DNA of 64,000 nucleotides, taken from positions 69,936,001 through 70,000,000 of the forward strand of contig OX597826.1 of assembly GCA_951406725.2 (NCBI GenBank), given 5' to 3'. The translations under genes and the position numbers were made by a program. Shown here one piece after another: positions 36,627 through 52,584 of the stretch. Numbering within the stretch: the first letter of the stretch is position 1; each line of letters starts with the position of its first letter. The DNA comes from Octopus vulgaris (Eukaryota). The notes under the pieces are model-generated. The model was not told the DNA's origin. It saw only the letters and a program-made list of their open reading frames with translations, and searched no databases.

Positions 36627-37009
36627 AACAAAGTATAACTAGTTACACACCATCCTTTGTTCCTTTGTTCCTTTACACTTTACTCTAAATTACACATTCA
36701 GTGTAGTCATTTTATGACCCAATAATGGAATATTTTTTTCAGTAAAATATTATCTCTTCTTCCTGTTTATTCCAGTTGAAACGATATCAATCCTTATTCA
36801 CGGGCTTCTTGTTTCCTGACATCTTGCTTTTGTCTCGCCTTCAATTTCAGTTATCAATGACGGGAATTAATTTGGTCTTTTGAATTTAGTAAATGATCCG
36901 ACAGGTCTAAGGTTCTTCCATAGATTGCTGAGTTGGTTTTTATTCTTTTCGTCTGTTTTTCTTCAAATATTGGATCGCCATGTTACTGTTGTGTTTGATA
37001 TTCTTTTAC

Positions 37010-37405
37010 GCGAGCTGGCAGAACCGTTAGCACGCCAGGCGAAATGCTTAGCCGTATTTCGTCTGCCGCTTCGTTCTGAGTTCATATTCCGCCGAGGTCG
37101 ACTTTGCTTTCATCCATTCGAGGTCGATTAAATAAGTACCAGTTACGCACTGGGGTCGATGTAATCGACTTAATCCGTTTGTCTGTCCTTGTTTGTCCTC
37201 TCTGTGTTTAGCCCCTTGTGGGTAGTAAAGAAATAGGTATTTCGTCTGCCGTTACGTTCTGAGTCCAAATTTGCCGAGGTCGACTTTGCCTTTCATCCTT
37301 TCGGGGTCGATAAATTAAGTACCAGTTACGCACTGGGGTCGATGTAATCGACTTAATCCGTTTGTCTGTCCTTGTTTGTCCCCGTTGTGGGTAATAAAGA
37401 AACAG
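37010..37405 (+). mobile_element. SINE family B with duplicated body
   Basis: Head plus body, followed by a second body starting GTATTTCGTCTG at ~37237. Confidence 0.85.
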
Positions 37406-37893
37406 ATATACTTTTACGCGTTTCAGTTACTGTACTGCGGCCACGCTGGGGCATCACTTTGAAGGCTTTAGATTATCAAATTGACCCCAGCACTAATTGC
37501 TACGGTTTTTTTAATTTTTAGTCTGGTAACTATTCCGTCAGTTTCTTTTTCCAATCCGGTAAGTTACTGGGATGTAAACACACCTGCAACATTTGTCAAG
37601 CTGTAGGAAGAACAAACACAAAGATACACAAGCAGACACACAAGCAGACACACACATATTCTGTGTCAGTGTGTCACACTTTGACACTCCTCACTATTCA
37701 ATGACACTTCTACTGTTGCTCATGCTGGGGTGAAAGTAATACTAGTCATAGAGACGGTGAGGGCTGTGGCGAAGACAGACAGAGAGAGAGAGAAAGAAAA
37801 AGAGAAGGAGAGAAAGAGTTGCAAAGAAATTTAGGGAGAGTTGATGATGTTTTTATTAAAAGTAGTAGTGTTGATGGTGTCAGTGGGAGTAAT

Positions 37894-37934
<41 letters not shown>

Positions 37935-38829
37935 AAGGGAAAGAGTGGGTATGTGAGAAAGAGAGACTGAACACTGAAAATACTGAACGTTGAATTCTTT
38001 TACACGCACATTCAGCCTTTTGTTATGGAAATGAGGTGATAGTAATAGTATGAGCTGTAGTTGTGACAAAGGTGGAGGTGGCAGTGATGATGGTGAGTGT
38101 GATGGTGGTGCTGCTGCTGTTGTTGTTGTTGTTGTTATTGTTAAGCAACAAGATGGGTAAGGGTGATTAGGTGATGGTCTAGGGCTTAGGGGCGGGAGAC
38201 CCCCAGACCTTGGAAAAAAAATTTGGTCGTCTTGTTGTAGTCGAGGGCTCTTCGTTGACGCCCGACACCAGTGGCAGGTGGCCCTCGAAGTCGCTGGAAA
38301 TGGAGATCTCAGGTCCAAATTCTTGGACGGTTGCTGCTGCTGCTGTTGGTGGCGGTGGTGAGGGATGACGGTGGGAGTGACGTGAAAGACAGTGGTGGTG
38401 GCGGTGGAGGGAAAGGCAGCGAAGTCAAAAGTATTGATGGTGGTGACGTCAGAAGTCTGCATGATGTGTATGTATGGCAGATGTTGTGGCGATGGTGGTG
38501 GTACTGTTGTTTATCATGCAGCTTTGCAATAATTTGCAAGTCGACAAATTATATCATTGTTTTGATGAAAATTGTTCATTGCTTGAAAAATATTGTTCAA
38601 GTTTAATAAAATTTGATATGTACTCAATGCGTCAAGTGTCACTATTGGGCCCAAGGCCTAATGAAGAGCCCTCCACAGGAGCTAGCCTAAAATCTGCCCC
38701 ATCAGGCAGCTTTTAAGCTAGTACATACATACATACCTACCAACATACATACATACATACCTACCAACTTACATACATACATACACTCACACACACATAC
38801 ATAAATAAATAAATACATGATGATTGCCA

Positions 38830-39735
38830 CTTCTTTACAGAAGAAGGCCATCTCTTCAACTAATAAATACTGTCATGAGATCTTATGGGACTTGCAAGTC
38901 CTGCTCTTGACAAACAAACTCTACTGCAGATCTTACAAATATTTTTAAGCAGAAAAGTGTCTGGGATTGTAGTTAAGTCCTGTCTACGAAGTGCTCGTTT
39001 CAAGAGAGATTGTTCAATTTAGCGAGCTTCAAATGCTTTACATCTATTGTAAATCATTTGTTTCCAAACCTATCGATCTTGTGTCATGTGTTCCCAGTCT
39101 TCAACTTTCACATTAAGAGCCTTAAGGTTGCTTTTGACAGCATCCCTAAAACGTTTCGTAGCTTATATCTCGGACGTTTACCACGCTGTAAAACAAATGC
39201 TTTGGCAACCTGTCATCGTGCATCCTAGCAAGGTGCCCAATCCAACGCATCTGATTTGCGTATGCGGATAATTTAATTACTGGATGCGTTAGCTTGCTGA
39301 AGAACAACGGTGTCTGGTGTTAAAGACTTCCAGTTGATGTCTAGTATCCGACTTAAGCAAATCTGATGGAATCTTTTAAAAGTCTTGATGTAGCGCCGAT
39401 ATGTCGTCCAGCTCTCAGAAGAATACAGGAGGACTGTTAAAATGCAAGATTCATAGATACTAAACTTGGTTTTGAAGGTGATACCTCTATCAGACCACAA
39501 ACGATTTTCAAGCCTTCCAAATGCTTTGATAGCTCTTTCAATTCTCAGGTCTATTTCAGAAACAAGGGATCCATCTCTAGAGAGAGTTCTGCCAAGGTCG
39601 ATGAACGAGTCAACCATATCTAAAACTTGTACCCTGGACGAAGGTGTTAGGTTTCACATAGGGTTGGTCTGGTGGCTGAGAGAACATGACGTTTGTTTTC
39701 TTTAGACTGATGGTAAGTCCAAAAGCAATACAAGC
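38830..39735 (-). mobile_element. RTE-clade LINE, 3' fragment (RT C-terminal region), frameshifted
   Basis: FGLTISLKKTNVM...FIDLGRTLSRDGSLVSEIDLRIERAIKAFGRL..LW...LTVLLYSSESWTTY...FHQICLSRILDINW...QMRWIGHLARMHDDRLPK. Confidence 0.88.
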
Positions 39736-40679
39736 TACATACATACATACATACATACATACATACATACATACATACATACATACATACATACATACAT
39801 ACATACATACAAACGTACGTACATACGCACATTCACGTATAGTTTCCATTTTCCAAATTCAGTCACAAGGTTTTAGTTGGCCTGGTGCTAAAGTATATCA
39901 CATTTGCCCAAGGGACTGCGCAGTGGGACAGAACCGAAAATGACTTGGTTGCAAAGCGTGTATCTTAGCCACACAGCCATGCTTGCTCCTATAGGTTAAC
40001 CTGTTGTTGTTGTTGTTGCTGTTGTTGCTATTATTATTTTCTAACCCCAGATCAGCTGACTGAGCATTTCTATAATAAAAGGCATTCCTGCTTTGACCAC
40101 ATTGTCTTTTTATGTGTTTCCTTATTTTTTTGTTTGTGCTTGTTTTCTTTTTTCTTCTTTTCGTTCAGGTTTTAGCATAGCCAGGACCACACTAACTAAT
40201 GTCTCCCTTCCTTTTTACGAAAGTAGGGTATAACATGGAAATTTTGTTGCTAATTCTAACCCGTCGGACAATACTATTGAACATTCTTCAATAGTCCCCA
40301 CCCATACATAGCCCCCCCCCCACACACACACACACACTGTTTGAATGTTGCTGCAAGATAACAAGGCTTTATTTGTCAGATGGTTGGTTGGTTCATTAAT
40401 TTCTAAACACTCTCTTCCTAAGTCATTAATCACTGTCATCATCAGTTGTGCAGGTTTTCTTATCGATAATGAAGGGATACTGACTCGCTTCTTTTCCCCC
40501 AAAAACATCGAAATCATCGCCTTTTTATTGCTGGTTTCTTTAACGAATGAGAAAAATCAGCGCAATCAACATGGCCGACCTTAACAACAACGTGAGCAGC
40601 AGCAGCAGCAGCAGCAGCAACGGAAATAATAGCGACAGTTTCAGTAACAAGACATAGCAACTTCATTGTGGCTCGAAAT

Positions 40680-41378
40680 CAATGAAAGATCGCTTACTGG
40701 GTCGCTAAACTTGCAAGAAATAACAGCTATATTTTGCTCAAAAACAGCAATGACATGGCAGCATTTTCGTTAACCGGAGCCAATGAGGGAGAGCTATTGA
40801 GTCGATAAAATTGCAAGAAATGGCAGCCAAATGTTCCAGCAATACCTATTTCTTTACTACCCAGAAGGGTCTAAACACAGAGACGATAAACAAGGACAGA
40901 CAAACGGATTAAGTCGATTACATCGACCCCAGTGCGTAACTGGTACTTAATTTATCCACCCCGAAAGGATGAAAGACAAAGTCGACCTCGGCGGAATTTG
41001 AACTCAGAACGAAGCGGCAGACGAAATACTGCTAAGCATTTCGCTCAGCGTGCTAACGATTCTGACAGCTCTGCCAGCTCGCCTATTGTTCCAGCAATAC
41101 AATGGCAGCATTATTCGTATCTGGAGCGAATAACGAAGCACTAATTGTGTCGCTAAACTTGCAAGAAATAACAGCTATATTTCGCTCAGCAACAGCAATG
41201 ATATAGCAGCGTTTTCGTTAATCTGAGACAATGAGGGAGAGCTATTGAGTCGATAAAACTGCAAGAAATGGCAGCTAAATGTTCCAACAATACAATGGCA
41301 TCATTATTCGTATCCTGAGCGAATGACGAAGCGCTAATTGCGTCAATAAACTGGCAAGAGATAGCAGCCAAATTTCCC
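40680..41378. repeat. Minisatellite with ~95-bp subunits in an ~190-bp higher-order unit, interrupted by a SINE
   Basis: GTCGCTAAACTTGCAAGAAATAACAGCTA and GTCGATAAAA.TGCAAGAAATGGCAGC alternate at ~40701, 40801, 41149, 41248 and 41342. Confidence 0.82.
40846..41086 (-). mobile_element. SINE family B, full length, with 14-bp TSD
   Basis: TGTTCCAGCAATAC at 40832-40845 and 41087-41100. Confidence 0.9.
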
Positions 41379-41975
41379 ATTATCGACCGTTTGCTTGTTC
41401 GCCAGTTCTTATAGCGCTTTGAGGACAACTCACTCAAAACGCTGGGTGTTAAAACATAAAGCATATAAATTAAAGCTTCCAGTCGTAGCCATACTTTTAT
41501 TGCACACATAAGACGCATTTATCCAATATATCCGTCCATCTTGAAAAGAGTTAGATAAGATTAGGGAGTGAAATTTGGTTGCCAATTCCGGACTACAAAG
41601 GCCTACGTGCCTACAAAGACATGATCAGGATATTTTACGATACTTGTACTTCGACTTATTACACTGGAACAGTGACAATCTCGTATAACATTGTTCTCGG
41701 TCTCAAATGGACAAACCTAAAACGAAAGATTCATCTCTCTAAAGCGTAAAGTACTTATTTACGTTGATTTTCATTGTATAATATTTGCTGACGCAGAGAC
41801 TGAGTTTGTGTGTGTGTGTGTATGAGCTGGTGCATGTGTATGTATGCATATGTATACATATGTGTGTGCGTGTGCGTATCTTGCTTACATATGTATGTAA
41901 TGTATATATATGTGTATATATATATGTGTGTGTATATGTATATACACACATATATATAGATCAGATAGAGGGTGA

Positions 41976-42033
<58 letters not shown>

Positions 42034-42337
42034 TATATAGATCAAATAGAGGCAGAATTATATATATATATATATATACATATATATATACATACATATG
42101 CATGTATGTATGTATATGTATGTATGAATGTATATAGAAGGACAGGCATTATGAAAATATTTACCAATATCTTGCTGAGATGTCTTCCATGCCAAATTGG
42201 GTCAGCTATAAACATTACCATGTTGGCTGTTGGTGCCATTCTACCATACTTTGCAAATAATAAAAGAAAGTCTTTCATCATCTTAAGGCTGGGCTTCTAT
42301 ATGTAGGCATGAATACGTAATTATATCTGTATGTATA

Positions 42338-42399
<62 letters not shown>

Positions 42400-42514
42400 T
42401 GTGTCTGTGTGTGCGTGCGTGTATCCATGTAGCACGTAAGCAGAGATCCAATCCAGCTACATGAACTGATGGACTGTGTTCAGCTCTACTTCGCCGATTG
42501 TTGACATTAGGTGG

Positions 42515-43082
<568 letters not shown>

Positions 43083-43112
43083 TTTTGCAGACGTTTCCCC
43101 AAGTGTACATAC

Positions 43113-43182
<70 letters not shown>

Positions 43183-43646
43183 TATATATACAGAAATATA
43201 GAACTCATTCAATCACAAATCGACACTTTGGCTTCTGCAACTCTTCTCACACACAAACAAAGGAAGTACCACATGAAAAAGAATATTCAAGCATATACAT
43301 TCATTTGTATGCGTATATATATATATATATATATGTGTGTGTTGTGTGTATGTATGGTGCTGAATCAGGTTTTTCATTATATTTGATGTTATCATTATTG
43401 TATTCATTGTTGCTTATTATTGCCATTTTTTTTTTTTTCTTTGATTTACAATGATTGAAAGATATTGTCTACATACGTTATCTGACAAATATATGGAACA
43501 TTTCTATGATTTGGAATCTGATTGTGACTACAAAACCGTCTTCAAATGACGCTGCAGTAATTACCAGACACATCCACATAAAAATAAACAGTTAACAGGG
43601 GAAAGAAAATACGGCTTTTATTTTGTTCTGGTGTAATAAAATACAC

Positions 43647-43692
<46 letters not shown>

Positions 43693-43833
43693 ATGTGTAT
43701 GTGTATGTGTGTGTGTGTGTATATATATATGTATATGTGTGTATGTGTATATATGTATATATGTGTATGTGTGTGTGTATATATATATGTATATACATAT
43801 ATATTTATATGTGTGTCTATGTATATATATATG

Positions 43834-43864
<31 letters not shown>

Positions 43865-44076
43865 GTCTACGTCTGTGTGTATGGTTGTTTGTTTGCCCGT
43901 GCGTGTGACTGTATATAGATGTGTATGTGTGTGTGTTTATGTATGTGTGAGCGTGCGTGTGTGTGTGTTATATATACAAACATATATACATATATATATA
44001 TATATACACATGTGTATGAGTGTATGTCCCTGTATATATACATACATACACACATAAATATGTAAACATATACACC

Positions 44077-44108
<32 letters not shown>

Positions 44109-44239
44109 AATATATATATATGTATGTGTGTGTGTGTGTGTGTAAATCTGTATGCGTGTGAATATATATATATACATATATGTATATATAAGTGTGTATA
44201 TATATATGTGTATATGTATGTATACAATTATACATAAAC

Positions 44240-44306
<67 letters not shown>

Positions 44307-44721
44307 CATTTATATATATACATATACATGAGTGGGTATGTGCATATGTGCATACAAGCTCTAAAAGCAGCGCTGATTGAAATATAGACGTGTACAATTA
44401 TATAGATTTCACAAGTTCGTGTACACTCAAAATTTTCTTCTTATAGACAATATATGTGATAACGGAACACTGGACAATAAATACCATCAGTCTGCAAGGC
44501 ATATGTGTTTCTGCCTCGTTATACTTCATCTGCTAGCGACATGGATCTGTCGTGATCAAGCGTAACGTCCCAGAAACACGCGTTCAAGGGTCCGAGTAAG
44601 TCATACACGCATTGTCTATAAAGGAAAATTTTTTTTTCTTTAGACGATTTCTGCGTCGGAGTTTCAAAGTTCTCCCGAAGCCGGTGTGTACGTATACGTG
44701 TTAAATATGATTGTACACAGC

Positions 44722-44762
<41 letters not shown>

Positions 44763-45144
44763 TTCAGCTCACAGCTGTGGCCATGTTTGGCAATATATAT
44801 ATGCATACATACATACATACATACATACATACATACATACATACATACATACATACATACATACGTACATACATACATACATACATACATACATACATAC
44901 ATACATACATACACACACATATGCATACATATATATATATATTCGTATGTATATATGTGTGTATGTATGTAAGTGTGTGTGTGTGTGTATGTGCATGTAG
45001 ATATATAAATAGATAAAGAATTGTCAATGATATACGTTTATGAGTATACATACACGCATGCGCACAAAAACATGCAGACATATATATACATACATTCATA
45101 CATACATACATACATACATATACATACATACATACATACATACA

Positions 45145-45222
<78 letters not shown>

Positions 45223-45275
45223 CTTGCATGGATGTATATAGTTAAAATTTTATTTGAGCTGATACCATACAAATT

Positions 45276-45492
45276 TGAAATAAAGGAGTGAAAATAGAAG
45301 TAGGGAAGACAAAACAACTATTTGCACTTTACTTTAGATTTCGATATTCCGGGTTAAGACCCTTTTGTCAAGAGAAAATGTTGGATGGTGTCGAACTGAC
45401 AAAGGGGTCTTGACCCCGAAATATCGGAATGTAAGGTAAAGTGTACACTATTGTTTTGTCTTCCTTGCTTCTGTTTTCTCTATTTTATTTCA
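45276..45492. repeat. Diverged head-to-head inverted repeat with a hammerhead-like remnant
   Basis: Arms 45276-45370 and 45397-45492. The right arm starts (C)TGACAA-A-GGGGTC TT GACCCC-GAAA-TA-TC. Confidence 0.8.
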
Positions 45493-45862
45493 GTTTGCAT
45501 TGTACCGGCTTCCAAACAAATTTAACTACGCCATCTACAATATTTCCTTCAAACTACACTACTCGAATAGTTCCATAAGTGTGTATTGTGTGAATATGTG
45601 TGTGCGTGTATGTATGTATGTATGTATGTATGTATGTATATGCGTGTGTCATGTAGTGAAATCCTGCAATATTGTGGTCAATAGAGTTAAGTCCCCTTAC
45701 ACTTTAATCACATTTATACTATATGACAAATGTTTTCGGTTAAATGGAATCGAGGTGTCTATCAGGGGTCACGTGTTCGTCGTCATCTCTTTGTTAGTTT
45801 CGACAGACATGATACTCGGTGTTTTAGGTACATACATTTATACATGCATGCAATGCATGTAA

Positions 45863-45946
<84 letters not shown>

Positions 45947-45977
45947 TACATATATATATATGTATATACATATATAC

Positions 45978-46015
<38 letters not shown>

Positions 46016-46271
46016 GGATATATCTATATATATCATATATACATATATATCTTATATAATATATAATATATATATATATATATAAAATTTATATATTATA
46101 TATATTCTATATATATATATTCATATATATATACATATATATATATGTATATTATATGTATGTGTATGTCGTATATCCATATGTATTTGAGTGGATATAT
46201 CTATATATCTATCTATATATATTATATATATATATATATATACACATATATGATATTAATGGTATTATTAT

Positions 46272-46362
<91 letters not shown>

Positions 46363-46855
46363 AGAGGGAGAGAGAGAGAGTCGGGGAGAGAAAGTTCGTG
46401 CGGTATGTGAGTGCATCTCCTGACATCTCAAGTATTTGGTGATACGAATAAAAAATTCTATGAAAAGAACTATAGCAAAGCTGCCAACGTGTCTGTCAAC
46501 CATTCTGCTACCCATTAGAGTATACTTGTTGCTAATCTACCCTGCATTTCTCCACACCGTACCTGTCATTCACTAAACTTATGTAAAATAGATTCTGTAA
46601 CATGTCGCAAGGTGGACAGACACTATACAAGTCGTTTTCCTTCCAGTTGTCAGGATTCTGAATTGGGATATTTTCAAAAACATATGAACGAATTCTTCCA
46701 TGCTTTATAAGGTACACACAAAACAGACTGTGTGACAAAGGTGATACTATAACTTGTAGTAATGGGAATTGTCTCTCAGCCTAAGGCCAAAATCCATTAA
46801 GGATTTTTGTAGGGTAATCAATTAATCCATTAATGACTTTTATAGTGTAATCAAA

Positions 46856-47349
46856 TACCGTAAATCCTCTAGTATAGGCCGCCCTTGAGTATAATACGCA
46901 GGGGACTTTTAGGGGGCTGTACCTCCGAAAAACCTAAACCTTGTGTTTATAATATGCACCCTTTCTCTATCTTGAGTCAAGGAGGTCTATATAACGTCCT
47001 TGGTTTGTAAAAATGTATACGGTAACGTCCTTTATTATTATTTTATATATAACATAATGCAAACGTGTAACTTTTCTGTGCATTTTGTTTGCAGAAAATA
47101 AAGAAATAACAGTAATAACGTTTAATAAATGTTGCTTATTGCAAGTAATGGATGATTCTTTTATGACTTCATTGCTTTCAGGCTTAGCTTAAGGTATTTT
47201 CGCGCCCGACATCACAAAATGCGTCTGAATAAAAATTGCCGGACAGCAAATAGAGACTCGGACATTGTTTAGAAAATAATTTTCATTTTTAACGCACTAG
47301 GGATTTTGACCTTTAAATTTTGGGAAAAAAGTGCGGATTATACTCGGTA
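46856..47349. mobile_element. Tc1/mariner-pogo-type MITE
   Basis: Left end TACCGTAAATCCTCTAGTATAGGCCGC; right end GCGGATTATACTCGGTA (partly deleted TIR); non-coding. Confidence 0.62.
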
Positions 47350-47559
47350 CGTGTAGTTCAGCATTTGCCTCTCTTATGTCATAGATGTGAATGAAAGTCC
47401 GAGAAGAAACTAGATCTTCTAGTTAAGAAATGCTGCAATAGGTTTAGAGCAGCTCTTCAATTTAGAGTCGCTCTTGAATGATTTTCAGGAGAAAGTTCTG
47501 CAGCGGAAATTGTTCTTTTTCTTTCTTTTTTTTTTATTTATTTCATTATGTTTTAGTTT

Positions 47560-47785
47560 TTGCTTGTCACAATCACTGGATTGCGACTACGCTGTAGCAC
47601 CATCCTGAAGAGTTTAATCAAGGACATTGTTCTCAGCAATTATATTTAACGGTCTAATTGGTAAAGGTCTCATTTGCTGAACCGCTAGGTTACCAGAACG
47701 TGAACAAACACCGGTTGTCAAGAGATGGTTAAGAGACATCACAAGCACAAAGCGACACAAATACATACATACATACATACATACA

Positions 47786-47817
<32 letters not shown>

Positions 47818-48040
47818 CAGGCATATACATATATATATAGATACATATAAATAAACATGTGTGTGTGTGTGAATATATAACGGGATTCCGCACAGTTTTC
47901 GTCAACCACATTTATTTGCAAGGCATTGGTTGACCCGGCGCTATAGTAGAAGACATTTGCTCAAAGTGTCATGCAGTCGGATTGAACCCCCAAAGCATGT
48001 TACTGCAATGTGAGCTTCTTAACCAAACTTGCGCCTATGT
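47560..48040 (-). mobile_element. Old, diverged SINE family A
   Basis: GCTGAACCGCTAGGTTAC...CCGGTTGTCAAG...GCTATAGTAGAAGACATTTGC. Confidence 0.7.
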
Positions 48041-48049
48041 CACAGATTT

Positions 48050-48720
48050 TAAACGAGGTAAAGTGATTGCTGAAGAAATCGAAATTGGACACCACCTAGC
48101 ATCAAAATGGACCGTTAAAATCTAAGGGCAATGCTTAATGTTATTGAAGACGATGATGAACCAGAAGAGAATATCCGGGAAAAATCTTAATGAGGGATGT
48201 TATCAGTGTGGATCGGAATCTGAATTTAAACAGCGTGTCTTCCTTGTGGTCATTGATTTGGTGACTAGCGAAGTGTGAAAATGGTTTGATCTTACAAGCA
48301 CATAGCTTCTTCATTCTGTGACACTATTGAAGCATAAAACGAAGAAGTCAGACATTTCACGCGCAATTGTATTAAGACCAAATACCCAAACGATCTCTCA
48401 GAAACCATGAAAGAGGACATGAGGCGGCAAATTACAATACATGCATCAGACTTTGGTGAGGGTTTAAAATTACTGCAGCTTTTAAAACACAATGAAATGT
48501 ACAACAAGTTAGACGACATTTTACTAAATGCGCATACAACGCATTGCAATTATTCTGTACATAGCCAGGAGCGGCAGAATCTGCTGAGAGATATTTCAGC
48601 AAAAGAAAAAGCTCATCAAGAGTTTCTTGAAGAACACGATGACACAGTAAAGTTTGAATGACCCAGCTGTCCTTTCAGTTGAGATCGTGCTTGCGGGGAG
48701 AATTGACATCAGTGGAATTA
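48050..48720 (+). mobile_element. Decayed hAT transposase C-terminus (dimerisation domain)
   Basis: ESEFKQRVFLVVIDLV..., then across frameshifts ER.FSK.KLIKSFLKNTMTQ*SLNDPAVLSVE, resembling the hATC ERxFSxLKLIKxxLRxTMxxxRL motif. Confidence 0.68.
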
Positions 48721-49170
48721 AGGGAAAAGAAAAAAGGAAAAAAAGTGTTTGGTTTTTTTTTTTTTTTTCAGAAAAGGCGCATAAAGCTTGCTTCGTTCGT
48801 TATGAGAATTCTCCATTCTGCTTAACTGAATTCATTAATTTAATTAGTAACAATCTGTTTAAACTTTCAATAAATTATTCAATTAATTGAATAAGATATT
48901 TACGTTTTTTCTTTTCTCAAAGTGATATTGTTGATTGTTGAAGGTCTTTTGTCCACTGAAATGTTTCATTAAGAAAATTCGCTCTATAAGCAATAAATTA
49001 GAAATATTGAAACTAGAAATGGTGCTAAAAAAAAAAGGTTTCTGGAGGTTTATTACTTGAAAACCCCACCAGGGACCCTACTCCCGTTTCCAGCACAAGG
49101 CCTATCACTGCTTCCAACGATCCCAGATAATGTGTATAAGTGTGTGCACATATACACATTATCTGGGATA

Positions 49171-50019
<849 letters not shown>

Positions 50020-50460
50020 ATGATATGATATGATATAATATGATATGATGTGTATACCATGGCTGATAGTATAAATCCGTGAGTGTGTATGTTTGTGTGG
50101 CTTGTTATGGGTATGCTGTTTTTAACCCCAGGTCAGATCCGCTCAAAAGCATCCCAGCCGTGATGATCCCATCCTTTCCCCGTTTGCATGGAATTCAAAG
50201 CCACATTATTCAGCATGACCTTGCCTTAAGAAGCTTAGGTGTAACCACAAGAATTTTGACTATCATTTGTAGCTAATCAAGTCTCCCACGTTCGCTCGTA
50301 TGTTTATATCAGGACATGTACGAGCGTGTGAATGGATTATATTTGCGTAAGTAATGATGAGTTTTGTATATGTATGAGTAACAGTGCTTCGAAGGAAAAA
50401 GAGGGGGGGAAATGATAATTAAGAAAAAGCAACAGACAATAATAGTACGATTGTAATATA

Positions 50461-50677
50461 TATTTCTTTACTGCCCACAAGGGGCTAAACATAGAGGGGA
50501 CAAACAAGGACAAAGGAATTACAATGACCCCAGTTGCAAAACTGGTTCTTTATTTATCGACCCCGAAAGGATGAAAGGCAAAGTCGACCTCGGCGGAATT
50601 TGAACTCAGAACATAACGACAGACGAAATACCGCTAAACATTTCGCCCAGCGCGCTAACGTTTCTGCCAGCTCGCCG
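50461..50677 (-). mobile_element. SINE family B
   Basis: Match to 12701-12935. Confidence 0.86.
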
Positions 50678-50984
50678 ATAGTAATATAGTGTGGTGTACA
50701 AACGTTCAAATGGTACTGCATGAAGAGTGGGGCCCATGCAGCCGTTTCATTTTCCATTTTTTATATAATATTCATTCTCATTCGTTTTATGTTTATTCTC
50801 CCCACTGTGGGGTTGTGTCTGTCCTTGTTATACCCACTCTTTGTTCAGGCTACATGCCTATAATAAAGATTTGATGAGTAATAACGAGGGGTGTGTGTAT
50901 GTAAATGAGTGTATAGAGGGATAAATATACGCGTGGGAGATATATACACGTGGCAGTGTCGGTGAATGCAGTATTCATGTGTTA

Positions 50985-51214
50985 AGGCGGCGAGCTGGCA
51001 GAAACGTTAGCGCGCCGGGAGAAATGCTTAGCGGCATTTCGTCTGTCGCAACGTTGTGAGTTCAAATTCCGCCGAGGTTGACTTTGCCTTTCATCCTCTC
51101 GGGGTCGATAAATTAAGTACCAGTTACGCACTGGGGTCGGTGTAATCGACTTAATACCTATGTCTGTCCTTGTTTGTCCCCTCTATGTTTAGCCCCTTGT
51201 GGGTAATAAAGAAA
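50985..51214 (+). mobile_element. SINE family B, full length
   Basis: Match to 12701-12935; GTATTCATGTGT flanks both sides (candidate TSD). Confidence 0.88.
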
Positions 51215-51344
51215 TGAGTATTCATGTGTAAATGTATATGTGTGTGTGACGGTATGACTGTGCGTGTCATGAGTGCTATATACATGCAAGAGAGTACGTG
51301 CGTTTGTAATGGTTTATATGTATGTCTCTGAATGTGTGTGTGTG

Positions 51345-51725
51345 CGTGTGTGGTTGTCGGATAAGAAATGTACTTCCCAACCATATAGTTCGGGTTTCAG
51401 TCCTACTGTTCGGCATTTAGGCAAGCGTCACCTACGATACCTCTGAGCCGACAAATGCCTTGTGAGTGGGCTTGGTCGACGGAGACCGAGAGAAGACGAT
51501 CGTGTATGTGTGTCTACGTTTGTCTCCCGCCACCACGTGACAACCGGTGTTGGTGAGTTTACCTTTCCGTAACTTAGCGGTTCAGCAAAACTAGCGTTCG
51601 AATAAGTATCAGGCTTTAAAACAAATACAATAAGGTCGACAGCAAAAACCCTTCAAGGAGTTATCTCAGCATAGCTGCAGTATAATGACAGAAAGGAGTC
51701 AAAGATAGAAAACAAAAGATAAAAT
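51345..51725 (+). mobile_element. Diverged SINE family A
   Basis: GCCTTGTGAGTGG...CAACCGGTGTTGGTG...GTAACTTAGCGGTTCAGCAAAA. Confidence 0.72.
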
Positions 51726-51768
51726 ACACACACACACACACACATTTATATATATGGTGATCTCATTA

Positions 51769-52116
51769 TGGTGATCTCATTCTCGCCCACAACATCATAA
51801 GCGGAAAGTGTAACCTCTCGAAAGAGCTGTTCTTCACTCCTGCGCCAGAGCGTCGGCTGCGGGGCCATTCCGAAAAGCTCTACCTGCGACGATTTCATCT
51901 CAATCGAAGGAGAGGAGTTTTCTCCGTCCGGGTTGCGGATCCGTGGAACAAGCTGCCAGACGAGATGGTGAAGATGCCGACGACCGCTTTGTTCAAAGCC
52001 TCCCTGGACCTCAAGTGGCCTGAACTCTTTACATGAACACCACCCTGTACTTAACTCCATGTCCCCCTACATGGTCTTGCTATTTGCTTTTGAGCCAAAT
52101 TAACTAACTAACTAAC
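51769..52116 (+). mobile_element. CR1-like LINE 3' end with (TAAC)n tail
   Basis: GDLILAHNIISG...RLRGHSEKLYLRRFHLNRRRGVFSVRVADPWNKLPDEMV...LFKASLD..W* contains the RGH, FSxRVxxxWNxLP and FKxxLD motifs. Confidence 0.85.
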
Positions 52117-52250
52117 ATATATATATATTTTATCGTCACTAAAAGTCAACAGAGGAACACTTTTATTGAAGATTGAACAGTGGCTTTTTGGTTTTAATCT
52201 GCGTCTAGCTGCCTTAATAATTATATATATGCATACATACATACATATAC

Positions 52251-52322
<72 letters not shown>

Positions 52323-52325
<3 letters not shown>

Positions 52326-52584
52326 TAATCCCTCGATTAACGCGGGCGTTACCTTCCAAAATACCCGCACGATAAGTGAAAATCCGCGAAGTAAAAACAG
52401 TACTGTACTGTATATATTTTTTAAATTATTTTTATAATTTGTATATATATATATATTTTTTATTATTATAAATGCAAAACAACACCGCGCAGAAATCGAC
52501 GTATGCTTAAATAATAAACCGCGATAAGTGAACCGCGATAGGTGAACCGCGATAGATGAACCGCAATATGTCGCGAGATTACTG
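52323..52584. mobile_element. pogo/Tigger-like MITE
   Basis: TIR CAGTAATCCCTCGA / TCGCGAGATTACTG-TA; subterminal AACCGCGATA repeats. Confidence 0.75.

Noticed and set aside
40680-41378. CRISPR-like spacing of repeats (also 32570-32800)
   Set aside because: The intervening sequences are themselves homologous, the context is eukaryotic and there are no cas genes; these are minisatellites
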